From positions 21,015,648 to 21,079,647 of the forward strand of contig NC_092673.1 of the NCBI RefSeq assembly GCF_964355755.1: DNA of 64,000 nt. The letters are read 5' to 3'. Origin of the DNA: Antedon mediterranea (lineage: Eukaryota > Animalia > Echinodermata). A program made the position numbers and the translations under genes. This document shows, piece by piece, positions 26,400 through 41,394 of this stretch (position 1 is the stretch's first letter; every line of letters starts with the position of its first letter). A model generated the notes under the pieces. That model ran no database searches and was not told the origin of the DNA. It saw nothing but the letters and a program-made list of their open reading frames with translations.

Positions 26400-29300
26400 A
26401 TGGCAAAATTTGTAGATGAAGATCTTGATGAAGTTGAATTCAAGTCGTGCTGGAAAAAGGAAAGGTAAATTCTTGGCCTATTGTCAAAGAGAGGCGCTAC
26501 TGTATTTTCGCACCTTTTTATATTATTTTTTTATGGTTAGGTTCATTAGATCACAGCAATACTATTAGTCAGTGGTTGAAACCTGAACTTATACTAATAA
26601 CTAAGAGTAATAAGACTATAAGGCGGTGTGAAAGTGCAGTAGCACCATATCAAGGAGGATACTGCTGTATATAAAATATTATAATTTGTAAATCAATTCT
26701 GATGAAAGTTTAAACTAAAAACTTACAGTGTACAAATTTTAAACACAAGAAAACTAATCAAATGCCAATCAATAATAGATATTAGTGCTATAATAGTAAT
26801 ATTATTTACAGTAATTGTTTTTAAAAGTAATTGAGTTTTGAGTGAAGAGAAACAAACGCACCACCAAATGAATCTTAATATTTTTTTTTTTAATTTAACA
26901 CATTGATTTCTTTTGTTTGTGTTTTTTTTTGTCACTTATTTCTTTTTTGTTAGAAATTTGCATAATTCAACTACACAAACGTTGGAAGTGGAAACTGATG
27001 ATGCATCATCTCAGTCAGTCTCGAAGTCTCATGTAGAAATTCAAACAGAAGATACAAGCCCCGAAGCTTCTAAAACTCCAGAATATAACCCTGATGTAAG
27101 TACGCTAGATCAACAGATCTGGTGAATTCAGTTGAACGGTTGGCAGGGGCGCTGTTTACCGTACCTAAAGAGGCAACAATAATTTCATGCGTTTGAAGTC
27201 GACTCCCTCCTAGTTCTGGTGGTGAAGTAAATCTTCTTGGATATGGACTGTAAACAATATGTCCAGTTGTTCGTGTGCACTTTAAAGAACCCAGTTAATT
27301 ATTCAAGATTAGTAGGAGATTCCCCCGGTGAACTGAGTCACAAATAGCCTCTGCTTAGAGGATTTCCACCTATCTGATAGGACAGCAGTGATTGATTTAC
27401 TATTGGTAATCCTTGACCACATGTGCCTAAATACGTAAATAAAATTGTAAAAAAATAACTAGTTAAAAGCCAAAACAATATTTTAAGCGATACTTTGAAT
27501 GGTGAAAACATAAATAATTTATTTAATTTGATTTTTTTTACAGACACTGCTGGCATTTCTGAAACGTGTAGAGCCTGGTGTGATGGAATATCTTGATAAA
27601 ACTCATCGTAGCCATGCATTTGATGGTAATGCTCACGCTTTAGATCGCTTATCATAGGGCCTTAAGCTCTGTCTACACTATCAAACTGGTTTGACAAAAA
27701 AGTGCCCAGATATGGTAGTAATATGACAATTCCATATATGGGCACATCACATTTTTTTGTCACATAAAGTTTAATAGTGTAGACAGAGCTTTAAAGATAA
27801 TTTGAATAGGCCATTTTGCAGTTTTAATAAACTTCCATAGAATATAAACAATTGTGTTTTCAATTATAAAAAGAAACTAGAAAGCCACTACGAGAGTGCC
27901 TACTGTAAAATTCTCTTACATATATATATATATTATATTTGTGTGTGTCTTAATGCTGTTTGTGATTTAGTCTAATTTCACTACAAGCATGTGTATGCAA
28001 GTTTTGTGTAATGGTTATGTAATAAGCCTTTCAATTAACAATAGCTTCAGTTGACTAACAATAGAACAGCAACGCGAAAATAAAACGAGTGAATTTGAAA
28101 CGAAATAGGTTTTTAAACTACTCGCATTAAAAAAGGTGCACATTAAATCAAATTATGTTTTAAAATTACAAATCACAAATTATAACTCTTGCCTCTTGTA
28201 CAGAAATGAAGTTTTTTCAACAAGTAGTTCTTGAGAAAATGCAATTCCAGTTTACTTGTTACTTTAAGACTGCTCGCCGGCTTTTGAAAAATTCTGTCCT
28301 ATCTTTTAACACTAGCAGGTCCGAAAAGTATACTAAAAAGTGTTCCAGAATTGGGACCATGGTCCCAAATGGTCCCAAAATTTAATGGAATGGTCCTTAA
28401 CCACATATCTATCTATAGATTCATTTTGGTAGAGATCTTGTAATTACTTTTTGAGTAATCCTGCTAACAAACAGACAAACAAACAGACAGACAAACAAAC
28501 ACACGCAATCGATTACATATACCTCTTTGGCGGAGGTAAATAACTTTTATGTGACAAAAAAAAAGATTTAAAAAAAATATATATCTTTATGAAAGACAAT
28601 ATTATGTTTATGAAAGGTTGACTGTTAAGTAGTATGATTTTTTTTTCTAATTTATGAGAACAATTTATGAATACCGTAAATTCCTTCCCCATACTCACCA
28701 CATGTAGACAGATACAGACAGTATAAAGGATTGCTTTATGATAGATAAAACACTGAGCTAATACTTGCACAAACTTAAACAGGTTTAAAAGTATAAAAAT
28801 ATCAATATCTTTTTTTATAGGATATGATGTGTCAACTGTGGATGAGGATTTGCCTATGAGTTGTATTCACACATTGACTGCTACGGAACTTGTAAAGGAA
28901 CTTAAATGTACGTCCCTGTCCTGGAATGCTATTGGTTCGACCCTAGCAATTGGGTATGGCACGACAGACCATCAGGATTGGTGTACTCATAAGGTACTGT
29001 ACAGTACATATTTTGTGAACATTTTTGATAGGTGGATTTCTTGATTATTTTTGTTTACCTCCGCCAAAGAGGTATATGATTGTAATCGGTCGTGTGTGTT
29101 TGAAAATTGGCCAAGTATGTTGATTGGTGCGGTTTGTGGGTGTGTGTTTGTTTGTTTGTCATCACTCTTGTGCTTACAATTTTGATTTGAATGACTCCTA
29201 ATTACTACCATACATGCAAGGACGACACTGCCCAATTTTGGTTAAAATCCGGACCACGGTCCCAATTCTGGACCACTTTTCAGATTTATGTTCAGACCTG

Positions 29301-32300
29301 CTAGTGTTAAAAGATAGGACAGAATTTTCAAAAGCCGGTGAGCAGTCTTAAAGTAACAAGTAAACTAAAATTGGATTTTCTCGAGAACTACTTGTACAAA
29401 AAAACTTCATTTTTGTACAAGAGGCATGAGTTATAAGTTGTGATTTGTAATTTTAAAACTTATTTCGAAAGGCTAATTACATAACCTTTACACCAAACTC
29501 GTATACACACGATTGTAGTGAAATTAGCCTAAATCACACAGCATTAAGACACACACTTTTGGTGAAAATCGGGTCAAGGTCAGGAGGCCAATTTTGATTT
29601 GGCCAAGTGTCGCGCTATGCGCGAGGGCTAGTTTGTTTGTTAGCAGGATTACTCAAAAAGTAATTACAAGATCTTTACCAAAATGAATATACACATAGAT
29701 ATGTGGTCAAGGACCATTCCATTAAATTTTGGGACCATTTGGGACCATGGTCCCAATTCTGGACCAATTTTCAATTCAATTCAGACCTGCTAGAATCCTA
29801 TTTCTTTTCAAATTCCACCATCTTAACCACTTTACCACACACTCACTCTGATAGTTGGTTGATCCTGAACATGTACCGATTTTATGGAAATGGTTTGTTA
29901 GTTTGCTGGAAAAACTGAATAATTGGTTTAATTTCTTGATTTATATATTCATGAACAAGAGATATTTATTTTGTGATTTGTCGGTTGACTTTTTAAATTT
30001 ACTTTTTTACTAACTCAGGGACTTGTGTTGACTTGGAATCTAGACCGTCAAAAGGTCAAACAAGATAAGCCAGACACATCCATCGAGGTGTCAGTAAGTA
30101 TCATTGTTATCTATGTTTTAAAGTTCATTTACACGTTAAGTATTTTTAATAAATTTACTAAACTTGTGATGTTGTGAGAATAGAAAGACGGATTGATAAT
30201 AACATGGACAGAAATTTCATTTTTTGCATTACATTTTTTTTTCCAGAGTTGTGTGAACTCTTTAGCATTTCATCCCAAGTTTCCAGCATGGATCGCTGGC
30301 GGAACATTTAGTGGTAATTATGTAATCAAGTTCTTTGATGAAAAATACAAAGATGATAAAAAAGTAAAAGGTTACACAAGAGTATTTTTGTATATTGCTA
30401 AATATTAAAAACTGGATTTATTTTATGTATTAGGTGATGCAATGATTTGGGATTTAGGTGAAAGTGAACCACTTATGTCTTCGTCTAGTCTGGATGAGGA
30501 CAGCCACCGTGAAGGAGTTTGTAGTGTAGTCTGGATTGAGCAGTCTACTCGTAGCAGAAACAAAGCTAAGGTAGACTGTTCCTTTTTTTTTTCATTTTAC
30601 TTTCAGTCCTATGATCAGACTATCATTTTTTTAAATACTGTGTTAAATAAATAGTTTGTGTCAAAAGATATAATATGTCTTTCCTTGATGTTGGTAGGTA
30701 ATGAGCGTATGTAGTGAAGGAAAGGTGTTAATTTGGGACTTTGTCGTGGGCAAAGATCAGCTGAAATTGTCTGCTGGATGGTTTCTCTCATCTGGACCAA
30801 CTAAAGGTCTAGGATCTGACACAAAGCAAGCTAGTCTAGGAGGTAACTATCAGCTTTCTCTACAAATAAGTTTCACGGTTGAAGGTTTTGTATTAAGTAT
30901 ATATATATATATATTTACTAATTAAACTAACTTAATAATTAATGTATATGATAGTGACAAATAAAGTACAGTATTTAAGTATTCACACAGTTTTCAAGAT
31001 CAGTTTTTTTTTCATTTTTTGCATTTCAATTAATCTTAGTGACATGTTTATCATTCTGGCCTGATGATCAATCCAGCATGATTGTAGGCAGTGAATCTGG
31101 TGGTCTTTACAAGTGCAATATGGTTGAAGATTTCACAGAAGGTATAGTTATAATAGTGGTGAAATAAGTATTTTTTGGTATGAACATACGTCAGTACTGT
31201 TGCCTAGGGTCTCGCTCAAATATGTTGGTCAATACAAAGAGCATGATATTTGTATACTTTCATATCGTTGTTGTTTAAAGACAAATATTGTATTTATTTG
31301 AATAAATGCCACCCATAGAATGATTTTGAATACACCACCCTCGAATAAATGCACCAGGGCCTTTATTTATTTCCTCTAATAAACACCCTGCAACATGCAT
31401 ATATACACAATATTGTATTACAACACATTTCTATTTGTAGTAGAATTCATTGACATGATCTACAATTTACCAAGCATTTTAATACAATTTTTACTGTATT
31501 TTATCAAATCTTGATATTAATTATGTTGTATTTTTTATAGAGGGTATTTATTTGATGATTAAATTATGTTACCATATTACACCCAACCAAATAAACACCT
31601 CCCACAAATAAACGCCTCCCTCGAATAAATGCCCCTTTTAAAACCCTCCTGAACACTAAACAACCCTCAAAGAAATACAGCATACTTCCCTATTGCAGGG
31701 ATCGATGTAGTAAATTTCAGAAATTACAATGCAAAAGATAGGAAATCATCTTAAGTTCAGCAAATTTACAACCACCCTCCACACCTAATTCAAAATATGA
31801 ATTTGCCATTGTATCTTTTAGGTAATGATCTAGTAACGTCACTTCCAGTTGCGTTTAAATTCCAAGCACATCGAGGTCCTGTTTACAGCTCACATTGTTC
31901 TCCATTTCATCATAACTTGTTTTTATCCTGCAGCTCAGATTCCTGTGCTAGGATACATTCTGTACTTGAGGTAAAAAGTTATATGATATGTATGCTTTTA
32001 CTGATATTGAACAGCCATTCTGCATTGAAACACCAGTTCTCATCAGATCACTAAAGTTAAAGCTCTGTCTACACTATCAAACTAGTTTGACAAAAAAAGT
32101 GTGATGTGCCCAAATATGGTAGTGATATGTGTAAATATGGTAGTGATATGACATCATCATGTCCATATATGGGCACATCACATTTTGTTGTCGTATAAAG
32201 TTTGATAGTGTAGATAGAGCTTAAGCAACATTGAACCCGATTGCTTTCTGTATAGGAGTCGGTGAATCGCGGTGGGTGCTGTATATACCAGAGAGTTATG

Positions 32301-33522
32301 GTGTAATGATAATATTGGACTAGCATTTGACACTAATTTGATACTAATTGCATCCTTAGGCAAGATGCTTTACTCTCCATGTAAAGATGTTGGTCCCGTG
32401 TACATGTGCACGTTAAAAAACTTGGTACACTATTCGAAAAGAGTAGGGAATAATCTCCAGTTGTGCTGATCTGGTAGGCACTGCACTGCTGGCTGCAGTG
32501 GGGCCATAGATGGCCCCAATCCAAATTTCCTCAGTTTCCAGTTAAACTTCCGGACCAGAATAAATACATTTAACATATTCTTCTAGTATTTAATTTAAAT
32601 CAAGGTTTTCTATCAATGTGTCAGAAAAATCTGTAATTGTTGAAGTCAGACTCAACTTTATGTTTTATTTTCCTTACCAGAGTGAAAGATATTACACTGT
32701 ATGTTTATGTTTTACAGTCCCATCCTGTAATGGTGTGTGAACCAGGTGACAGTTATTTATTCTCTGCACGCTGGTCTCCTGTTCGTCCACTTGTGTTTGC
32801 TGTTGGAACTGGAGAAGGCAGACTTTTAGTGTTTGATCTTAAGAAGAGTAAAGTTTTACCTGTATTGAGTTTAGAGATAAATAAAAAAGGCGTACCAGTA
32901 TACACTCTGGAATTCAATCATATCAGGTGATATTTTGTTTCAAGTAAATTTTATAAAATCAGACTTTTAATAGCACATTTTGCAGCTTGAATGAAGTTGT
33001 TCACTTCCATAGAAAAAAATAATTATTTCACTTATAAAAAGGCAATAAACAGTTAAATTTAACCTTCCAGTCAATTTGATAATTATTTGTGTTAAATTAA
33101 TTTATTTAGGTAAATATTATTTTTTTTCAATCCAATTTTGGGTCAAAGTGAATGTACTATTATGTGACATTAAAATTGCATATTCAACAAAAAAAATGTA
33201 TATTAATTAATATTAACTAATATCGATATATAAAATTAGAGGGCGCTTCATAATATTTTGTTAAAGTTCATCATTCCTTTAAACATAAACTGAGGTGAGG
33301 TAGATTATAAGCATAGTGCAACACATACACTCATGAAATAAAAAACCTCAATTATTAATTTTAAATACTAATGTGTTTTTTTTTTTTTGCAGGCAGTCAC
33401 TGTTAGCATGTGGCGATGGTGAAGGCGCTGTTCGTGTATGGAGATTAAGTGATGACCTTTGTCATCAAGGGTCACGAGAGGTTGACCTTTTACGAGATAT
33501 GACAGCCCTAAATCTTGATTAG
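26400..33522 (+). CDS. DYNC2I2: Cytoplasmic dynein-2 intermediate chain 2 (WDR34), ~491 aa
   Basis: Exons 26400-26464, 26954-27095, 27544-27625, 28821-28993, 30019-30093, 30247-30313, 30434-30570, 30698-30842, 31040-31141, 31822-31970, 32718-32926, 33393-33522. TQT light-chain motif, SHAFDG, SWNAIGSTLAIGYG..DHQDWCTHKG, SPFHHNLFLS, WSPVRPLVFA WD40 repeats. Confidence 0.93.
27920..28540 (-). mobile_element. Helentron/HINE-like element, copy 1
   Basis: Begins TTACCTCCGCCAAAGAGGTAT (minus) followed by a (GTTT/GTCT)n microsatellite; body is the reverse complement of blocks in 29055-29795. Confidence 0.6.
29055..29795 (+). mobile_element. Helentron/HINE-like element, copy 2 (with rearranged or extra block)
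   Basis: TTACCTCCGCCAAAGAGGTAT start, GT-rich microsatellite, GC-rich end gtcgcgctatgcgcgagggctagtt at ~29610-29632, long homology to copy 1. Confidence 0.6.
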
Positions 33523-35332
33523 ACCTCATTAACAAATTCAGCCACCAATTAAGCTTACGCTCTCAATAACAAAAGCCCCCTTGGGCTGGCTTAATTTGTC
33601 TGGTTTTCCCAGGGAGGAGTAAATTTCACTCTTCCAGTTTTTATTTAGCGCTTATTGCACAATGCTTCTAAGCGCTTCACATTATTATCCCAGTCATTTT
33701 TTTGGGATCAGACATGTATGGAAACATACTCCCATAATGCAGCTAGTAATCAGCACAAAGTTGATTTAACCGGGTAACCATTTATACACCTGGGTGGAGA
33801 GAGGCAAACATAAGTAGAGTATCTTGCCTACGGATACAAGCAATGCGTCAAGAATTGGGTTCGAACCTTGATCGGTAGTCCAACACACTGTGCCACACGC
33901 TCTTACTGATTGTTATGTTTTGAATCTCAAATTGTTTTTATAACATTCAGATTCCTGTATTGGGGAGTTGACTGAATAGAGAGCCATTAATATTAATGAA
34001 ATTGTTTTTTAGTTTATTAGAAAATATGTGTTTTGTTGTTTTCAGTATTGGTAATATAATAAAAGTCCTATAGATAAAATAGTGTTTTTAGTAATCATTT
34101 TTATTTTCTTTCTTTTATCAGCTAATTTGCACACTAATGGTTTCCTATTTGATTTTAGTCTTCAACAGATCATTGTATTCCTGGTAAAAATATATACATC
34201 TTGTATTGCTTCGTGGATTCACACAGTGGTTAGATAAACCACCTCCATGGCTAAACTAATTACTATCATTACTCTTTCTGCAAAGAACCCAGGATTGAAA
34301 AGTTGCCTTCAACACACAATATTCATGCCTTCATCTACCAGCCTGAGACAAAATCTTGTATCAATATATTAATAAATAACATAAAAAAAAAGAATTCAAA
34401 AGTAGATTGTAGGCAAGGAAAGCACATTGCGATTCTGGACCAGCCAATTGGTTTTTGTTTTTCAAATAAGTCTCAATAGCACAAACCGTACAGGAAGAAA
34501 GCAATGTTTTTTTTTTCAGCCGAAGTTTTAAATATAACACCGATTAAATTTGGTAATTATGTGTATACAATTTTCTTCTTCTTCTACAGTTTTTTTTTTA
34601 ATGGCAGTTTTAAAAGGATAATATGTACTACTATTGTACATGAAAAGTAATTACACACAATACATTTTTCTTAATAGCAGGGGCTTACTGAACCCTAAAC
34701 TCTCTGGTTATAATTATATAGTTGAATTCAAAAGGATATTACTAATAATTTATTCTTGTCATTCTTTCACTAATACGAAATTCAGTATGAAATAAGTCTT
34801 TTTTTTACATTTTTAATTCAGTTATCAAAAGATTAATTAGTTAACCATTAATTTATCTAAAAATATGGGCAAATGTTAATACCACACCAATTAAAAAGTG
34901 ACAATAAAACTCGTTGCATGGTTGTATTGTAATCAGTTTCACTAAAATTCTGCTCAAAAATATTGTGTTTAATTTATATATAATTCACGTCTTTGTAGGG
35001 CAAAACATCTGACCAATTTCACTATTATAAACATTTATATAAATTCATACATGGAGAAAATGTCACGAATCTATATAATAAATTATATATAGAATTTTAA
35101 GTTTTAAATTTCAAACCGCAAATATATATTATCTTCTCCCACTCTTCTACACCCTTCAAAATGTAACCACTGATTGTTACTTGTTATCACTGTTGATTCC
35201 TGTGGTATTTGTGTCTTTAAAATTAAAATGAAAGACCAACTCAACATAAATCAATTCTCTTTGGTTAGTAATATAACATGGTTTGAGGTGATCATCGGCC
35301 TGCGAATCTAGGTGACCTCATCCGCATTTCTT

Positions 35333-38300
35333 TCAGGTATTGTCCTGCGTAATTGCAGAATCTAAAAACATTAAACTTTACCTGTTAATTAGAAATTCAT
35401 TTCTAAAGCAATACAGAGAATTTACAAAATGTTTTAAAGAAAGGTTTTGAATCTTTCAGAATTTAATTAAATATATATCCTCTTGGCCCGCCATTTCTAA
35501 CACAAGAGCCAATCAGAAAACAAAAAAAAGCGTGCAACATACTTTGGAAGAATTTGGGAATAGAAAAAAGTACTTGTATCCGTAGGCAAGTACGTTTATT
35601 CAATGATGTTCCATGGTTTATTCGTTGGGGGGGGGGGGGGGAGCGTTTACACAAGGGAAGCGTTTATTCAAAGCAGGGTGTTTATTCGAATGAATACGGT
35701 ATTAAAATATCAAGAAATCAGATTATTAAAATAAAAGATGGAACTTACTTAAAAGAGCTTGTTCACTTGATCTTTTCCTATCCTGTTGTAATCTGTAACA
35801 CAATTAAAAATGTAAAGAATAATAAAAACAATTCATAATAAAATTTATGACTCAAGTATCTAAAATTTTTACATCTGCATAAATTTGTATAACTTGTAAC
35901 CAGGTTTGATCTCCCGATTTATTACACTTTTTCATACACACATGCGCGAACCCTGAGATATTTCGGAAGGAGAGCGTAGTTATGCACTATTTGATTACTA
36001 TGATTGGTCAGTTTAATACCAGGGCAATACATGCGCGTGCTCGGTACAAAAACAGGCCTCTCGTCAGTGTGTTTTTCCTTTCTTTTGGATTTTCCACAAA
36101 ATTGTATTCACACTATGCAAACCTAGTTACAACAAGTTGTTACATTTTGCAGATGTGAAAGGGTATAAGGGTGGTCTCTCTACCTCAGCTTGAAACGTGA
36201 AATAAAAACTCTAAACTAAAATATTATCACTTTAATTGTAAAAACAGCACACTGCATACCTAGAAAAACCTTGTTGTTCTTGTAAATTGTGTTGCATAAC
36301 CTGCGCTTCCTCAGCATACATTGGCAAGTCTTCCATCCGTGTCGGTGGTAACACATTTGGAATGTATTTCGCAAACAACCTTGGATTTAGTGTTGCAAAT
36401 TCTATAAAACACATGCGAGTATTATATATAAATGGTAGTTACCTTTGTTTGATAAAAAGAAATTGTCAATAGTCATTTGGTATTAAGCTCTGTCTACACT
36501 ATCAAACTAGTTTGACAAAAAGTGTGATGTGCCCAAATATGGTAGTAATATGACCACATTGTTTCCATATATGGGAACATCACATTTTTTTCACATAAAG
36601 TTTGGTTGTGTAGACAGAGCTTAACAAATGAGTATTTTTTTTCCCTTGAATTGGTAACCCTAAAAAAGGATATAGTTTAATAATGAAGATTTTATTATCG
36701 ATTGCCACAGCCCATAGGCTACAATGAAAAACATGCACATTAGGTTAGGTGCAGTACTTAATTTCACCATTCCAAAATCCTGGATTCAACACTACAGCCT
36801 ACAACTAACAGGGTGTGAACTAAAATACACAGACTTTCATTACAAGAAGTGCCTTGTGCAACTATGTTACACTAAAGCTATGTCTACACTATGAAACTAT
36901 ATGTGCTGTCCGAGACTACATATCTTTTTTTGTGTTCCGTTCCTGCTAACAGACAAACAAACACACACAGACAAAAATATACACTTCTAAAGCCTTGTCT
37001 ACACTATCAAACTTTATGTGACAAAAAATATCATTTCACTTCATATCACTTCCATATTTGGGCATATCACTACCATAGTTGGGCACATCGCATTTATTTT
37101 GTCAAACTAGTTTGATAGTGTAGACAGAGCTTAAGTATAAATAGCATAACAGCGTCATTTTGTTTTAACCACAAACCTGGATTTAATGAGTAAAGTCCTT
37201 TGATGATACCAGCTGCAGTGGCTGGCTTTACTGCAAATGGTCTCCCTTGAGCTTCGTCTAGTAAACCTAAACAACAATATAAACATTACTATTCAAACGA
37301 ACAAATATTTTTTTATGTTAATTAGTGTTTGCTTTGGCTTTATATACTGTATTTATGCAAATTCACATCTTTTCAACAAAGGCAATCCTGTTCACAAGAC
37401 AAAGATTTTGATGTAGTATTGTAATACAATAAAACTTACGTAAAATGTGACAAGCCTGTGTTTCTGCTATATATACTGTAAAGAGCTTAGTAAGTTCTGA
37501 ATGCAAATCTGTATTCAACTTGTGTGTAACATAAAACCTATTCTGTGAGACATAACAAAAACACCATATGGTGAACAACACTGTTAACTCAAAACTATTT
37601 TTAAGCTATTATTAGATTGCAGAAAGCACAGTAAATGTCCAAATTGAATGTGTTGCCAGGACTACAATGACTTCCATTACAAAAATTCTGAAATTTCGCA
37701 ATCACAAAATTAAAACGTTGTCCCAGACCTCCCAACTTGGAAAAATGAAAAATCTGGAGTTTTTATGAAACTATAGCAGGCACTATAATACAAATGTCAC
37801 TATAAAGAAAATAGTTAGACTTACCATATAATTGAAAATTGGAACTATGCCTTTTAAGGAATGATTGTAATTTTGCATAGCTTGATAGAAATGTTCAAGA
37901 AAAAAATCTGTATTGGATTGCTAGAAAAAACAAAGTGAAATGGCAATGGCAATAAATAAATATTGATGAGACTTAAATGTTACTTTGGTACTAAGAGCGA
38001 ATAACTGCGGTTTCCATGTTCATCACATGTCTGCTGAGCTTTTCAATTCGCATGAGTGTTCATGATCGCATCATAGCTCATTTCCTGAGCTTTGATTGGT
38101 TGCACAATTTTTCGCTTCGTCAAAAGTAGAAACAATTCAAACTATCCCTTTTGCTGTTCAACGAAAAACACGTGGGACTAGTAGAATTCGTCGCAGAGAG
38201 GAATTTGGAATACAATGCGTATAAGCCGAAACTTTCGATTCGCGCAAACAAATTCGCCGCGTGGAGAATCGGCTTCATGCAGCTATATGTTATAGCTTTC

Positions 38301-40675
38301 CTTTTGTTTTAACTGCTAGGGCATTCACACGCTATGTGAACTATGAACCCAAACTATAAACCCATTTTAATGTTATTTCTATGGGCCCGTCAACACGCTA
38401 AATCAGGGTGTTGTATAAACTACCTGGAAAGGCTACTTGAAAAGGCTACTGGCCAAATTTGGCCAGTTGGTGAGCTGAAGTAGCCTTTTTTAAGTAGCCT
38501 GAGGGGACAAGCCCTCTGTATGTGCAGAAGACTGAGTCTGTGACTGATCTTCCTGTTTATAACAGCAGTTAACATCCCCTAAATGGCTCAGTTTAGAAGA
38601 TTGACCTTCGTCTGTGAAAACTCGCATGTACATAGTAAGCAAGTAAAGTAAGAAGGGTGTTGTATAAACACAGCCTATGTTAATAATACTTACATGAAGT
38701 ACATTTAGTTCACAGACAATCGAGGTCAAATGTTCCTTGATCAAGCCAAGTAAATCATTGTACATTTTTTCCGAATGTTGTTGACAAACACATTTGTAAA
38801 CACAACTGAAATTTAAAAACACGCAATTAATAACTACAGTAGGTTAAGTTATTCATTCTTGTGTTGCTTGTCTACAAAACCCATGGTTCTGGGTCCAACT
38901 CATATTGGATGTCAAACTATTTTTCCATGACAAAAATGTGAGTTACAAGACATTTTTTGTCATATATATAATCTTGTCTGTGCCTCTGTGATAACTAAAC
39001 AATCCTTATAACATAGCTACAGTATAATAATCAATATTAATTTAGTCTACTGTAATTCCTTGACAATATCATTGCCCTGTTTACTACCCAGCTGGCACTA
39101 CTACTACAGTAGTAACTGGTATCTTGTCATCTTTTTTACCTGTACATTTGTTCATAAGATATTGGTACGTAATTTCCAGAGTGAGCGAGTAATTGACGGA
39201 CTGCACTATCAAGAACCGGCCAGTACTGTTGTTGGTAGTCTTCTAATGTTATGGCACCCAAAGCTGTAAAAAATAATAAAACAGGATTAAGACAAAAGGA
39301 CAAATTTACTGTATATTGGGTACCATGTTAATAAAAACAAAAATAATTGGAGATGGGTCACCTTGTATTTCCAAAGATTTACTGCAATAAAACCCAAATA
39401 CTTTGGTATCAAACTATGTTTTTATAAGCGCATTTATTTTTTAACACATTTTAACTTTTAATGTTTTTCCTTTTCTCCTTAAAATGTAGGAATCTTTTTT
39501 AATCATTTTTGTATTACTGTAAAAATGTCCATTGTGTGTGTTTTTTTTATAGTTTAATATACACCTGTGTGTGTCAAATGTGTGTAAAAATATTAAAAAG
39601 TTAATATTATTATGGTAATTTTTAGAAAAGTAGCATTTCATTAGTTGTTATTATTATTTTATTCATTATTAAAAACATTCATTGAAGTTGAACAATAAGT
39701 TAATCTTCATTCCGAATCCTTTTATATAACTATTACTATGCCAGCAATCAAGATCCACATTTCATGAAACAGATGGTAAAGTGCTACCCAAGGTAACAAA
39801 GGTAAATTATTAATTGATCAAATGCGCTGCACAGGAAGAACAGGCTTTTAAAACCATTCTATTTTACAAACAATCCATAGTAAATGAACAATTCTTGAGT
39901 TTGTTGAAATATTATTTCAATTAAAGTGGTTTACAGTATAATATCAAAATTATTTATTAATTTATTAGTACTATAATTTTAGGTTAGCATTGCAGCAGGT
40001 TTTCCAACAATCCAATTATCTTGCAGATAGGCAAAAAACCTTTTCTGTAGGAAGTACTAGGCTATTCACAATGACAAAAGGCAAGGTATCCCAACCTACC
40101 ATTATAGGCCCTACATTTATTTTATAATTTATTTTTGATCGGCACTCTGTTGATGACATTGTAAAGTTGTTCTATCAATGCGGTTGAACCTAGTAGTGTT
40201 GTGCCAAGCTAGGCCTAATAATAATATTATTATGCCGATGGCCTAGGCTATATAACATAAAATAGCCCCAAAAAAATATTAAAAAGGTACATACAATACA
40301 ATACATGGCATGGACCTGGTTGAGCTCACCGATATTATAAGGAAATTAGCATACTTCTACTACTAGCTCTACGGGTGCTCTATCATACCGACCGCAGTTT
40401 GAGTGGGAGAGTAGCCTGGCCTAGCCCTAGCCACCTACTAAAGATACTCTACCTACTAGCGCGCCTTCGCCTAGGCCTCCTCCTAGAGGCCCGGCCTAGC
40501 TAGCCTAGGCTAGGCCTAGTTCCTAGATAGGCTAGGCTAGAGAGGCCAACAAAAAGACATGCTTATTATTTGTTTACTACTTACCAGCAGGTCTCAGAAG
40601 CGGCGACGTTATTTGTGTCGGTGCTTGAATACACATTGTACTTGATGTAGCAGACACTTTTTCTGATCCTTCCAT
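35333..40675 (-). CDS. CACUL1: CDK2-associated and cullin domain-containing protein 1, ~276 aa
   Basis: Exons 40675-40585, 39263-39140, 38805-38694, 37920-37825, 37542-37440, 37266-37177, 36401-36260, 35792-35749, 35361-35333. Motifs [65 protein letters not shown]. Confidence 0.92.
35868..36165. mobile_element. MITE with imperfect long TIRs
   Basis: ttacatctgcataaat.tgtataacttgtaaccaggttt and aaacctagttacaacaagttgttacattttgcagatgtgaa. Confidence 0.6.
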
Positions 40676-40759
40676 TTGGAGAAATACGGAAAATACCTTT
40701 TTAAAACAAAGAAAAAACAAAACAACAGAATCTGTATGATGAGATCCGTCGACGATCCC

Positions 40760-40890
40760 CCCGGCCCTCTATATATATATTTAACTGAACATTGGGGGCG
40801 CTATTAAACTTGTAATAGAAATAAATTGCTTGATTGGACAAAATCCAAACCAGCGTAGTACGCGCACTCACTAGGCGGATGAGCAAACTT
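40760..40890 (-). promoter_or_regulatory. Putative CACUL1 promoter (TATA-like tract, two CCAAT boxes)
   Basis: TATATATA tract at ~40769, ATTGG at ~40833, CCAAT at ~40875, CpG-rich, ~100-200 bp upstream of the ATG. Confidence 0.45.
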
Positions 40891-41394
40891 TTGACCAATC
40901 GACGAGACTCGCGCTACAACATTATTGTATCCAAAGTTTAGGTTGTAAATTACTCAATAAGGCCACAACATACACATTTATTTATTTTATTTAAAATAAA
41001 AATTGATTAAAATAATAGTAAACAAATGATTAGATATAAAACAAAATTATATGAATCAAAATTCATCAATACAATTCAATTTTAATTCTTTTTTAATCAT
41101 GCTAAATTTATATATTTGTACAGTTGATTAGATAGGCTACTGTCTTGTTCCAATACTTTACATCGATGGTTGTGAATGCTTACTCTCTTGGTGGTCATGA
41201 TGCTTGGCTTACCACTCCAAGGGTCCTGAGTTCAAGCCCCGTCACATGTCAGGATTTTTTCTAAGGACAAAATTACAACTCTACTCCCAAAGACTTGTAA
41301 TAAGACTTCGTTTATGTAGAGCATCTTGTGTATATGTTTGTCTTGTTATCCGCTGAGTGTCCCTAATGATCAGCAATTGCTGGATGGATTCACC

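Noticed and set aside
34155-34345. Exon-like minus-strand segment downstream of CACUL1
   Set aside because: It lies beyond the CACUL1 stop and has early stops in the obvious frames; at most a 3'UTR exon.
35626-35641. Poly-G run as a functional G-quadruplex
   Set aside because: A single homopolymer inside a degraded repeat; such runs are error-prone and there is no other support.
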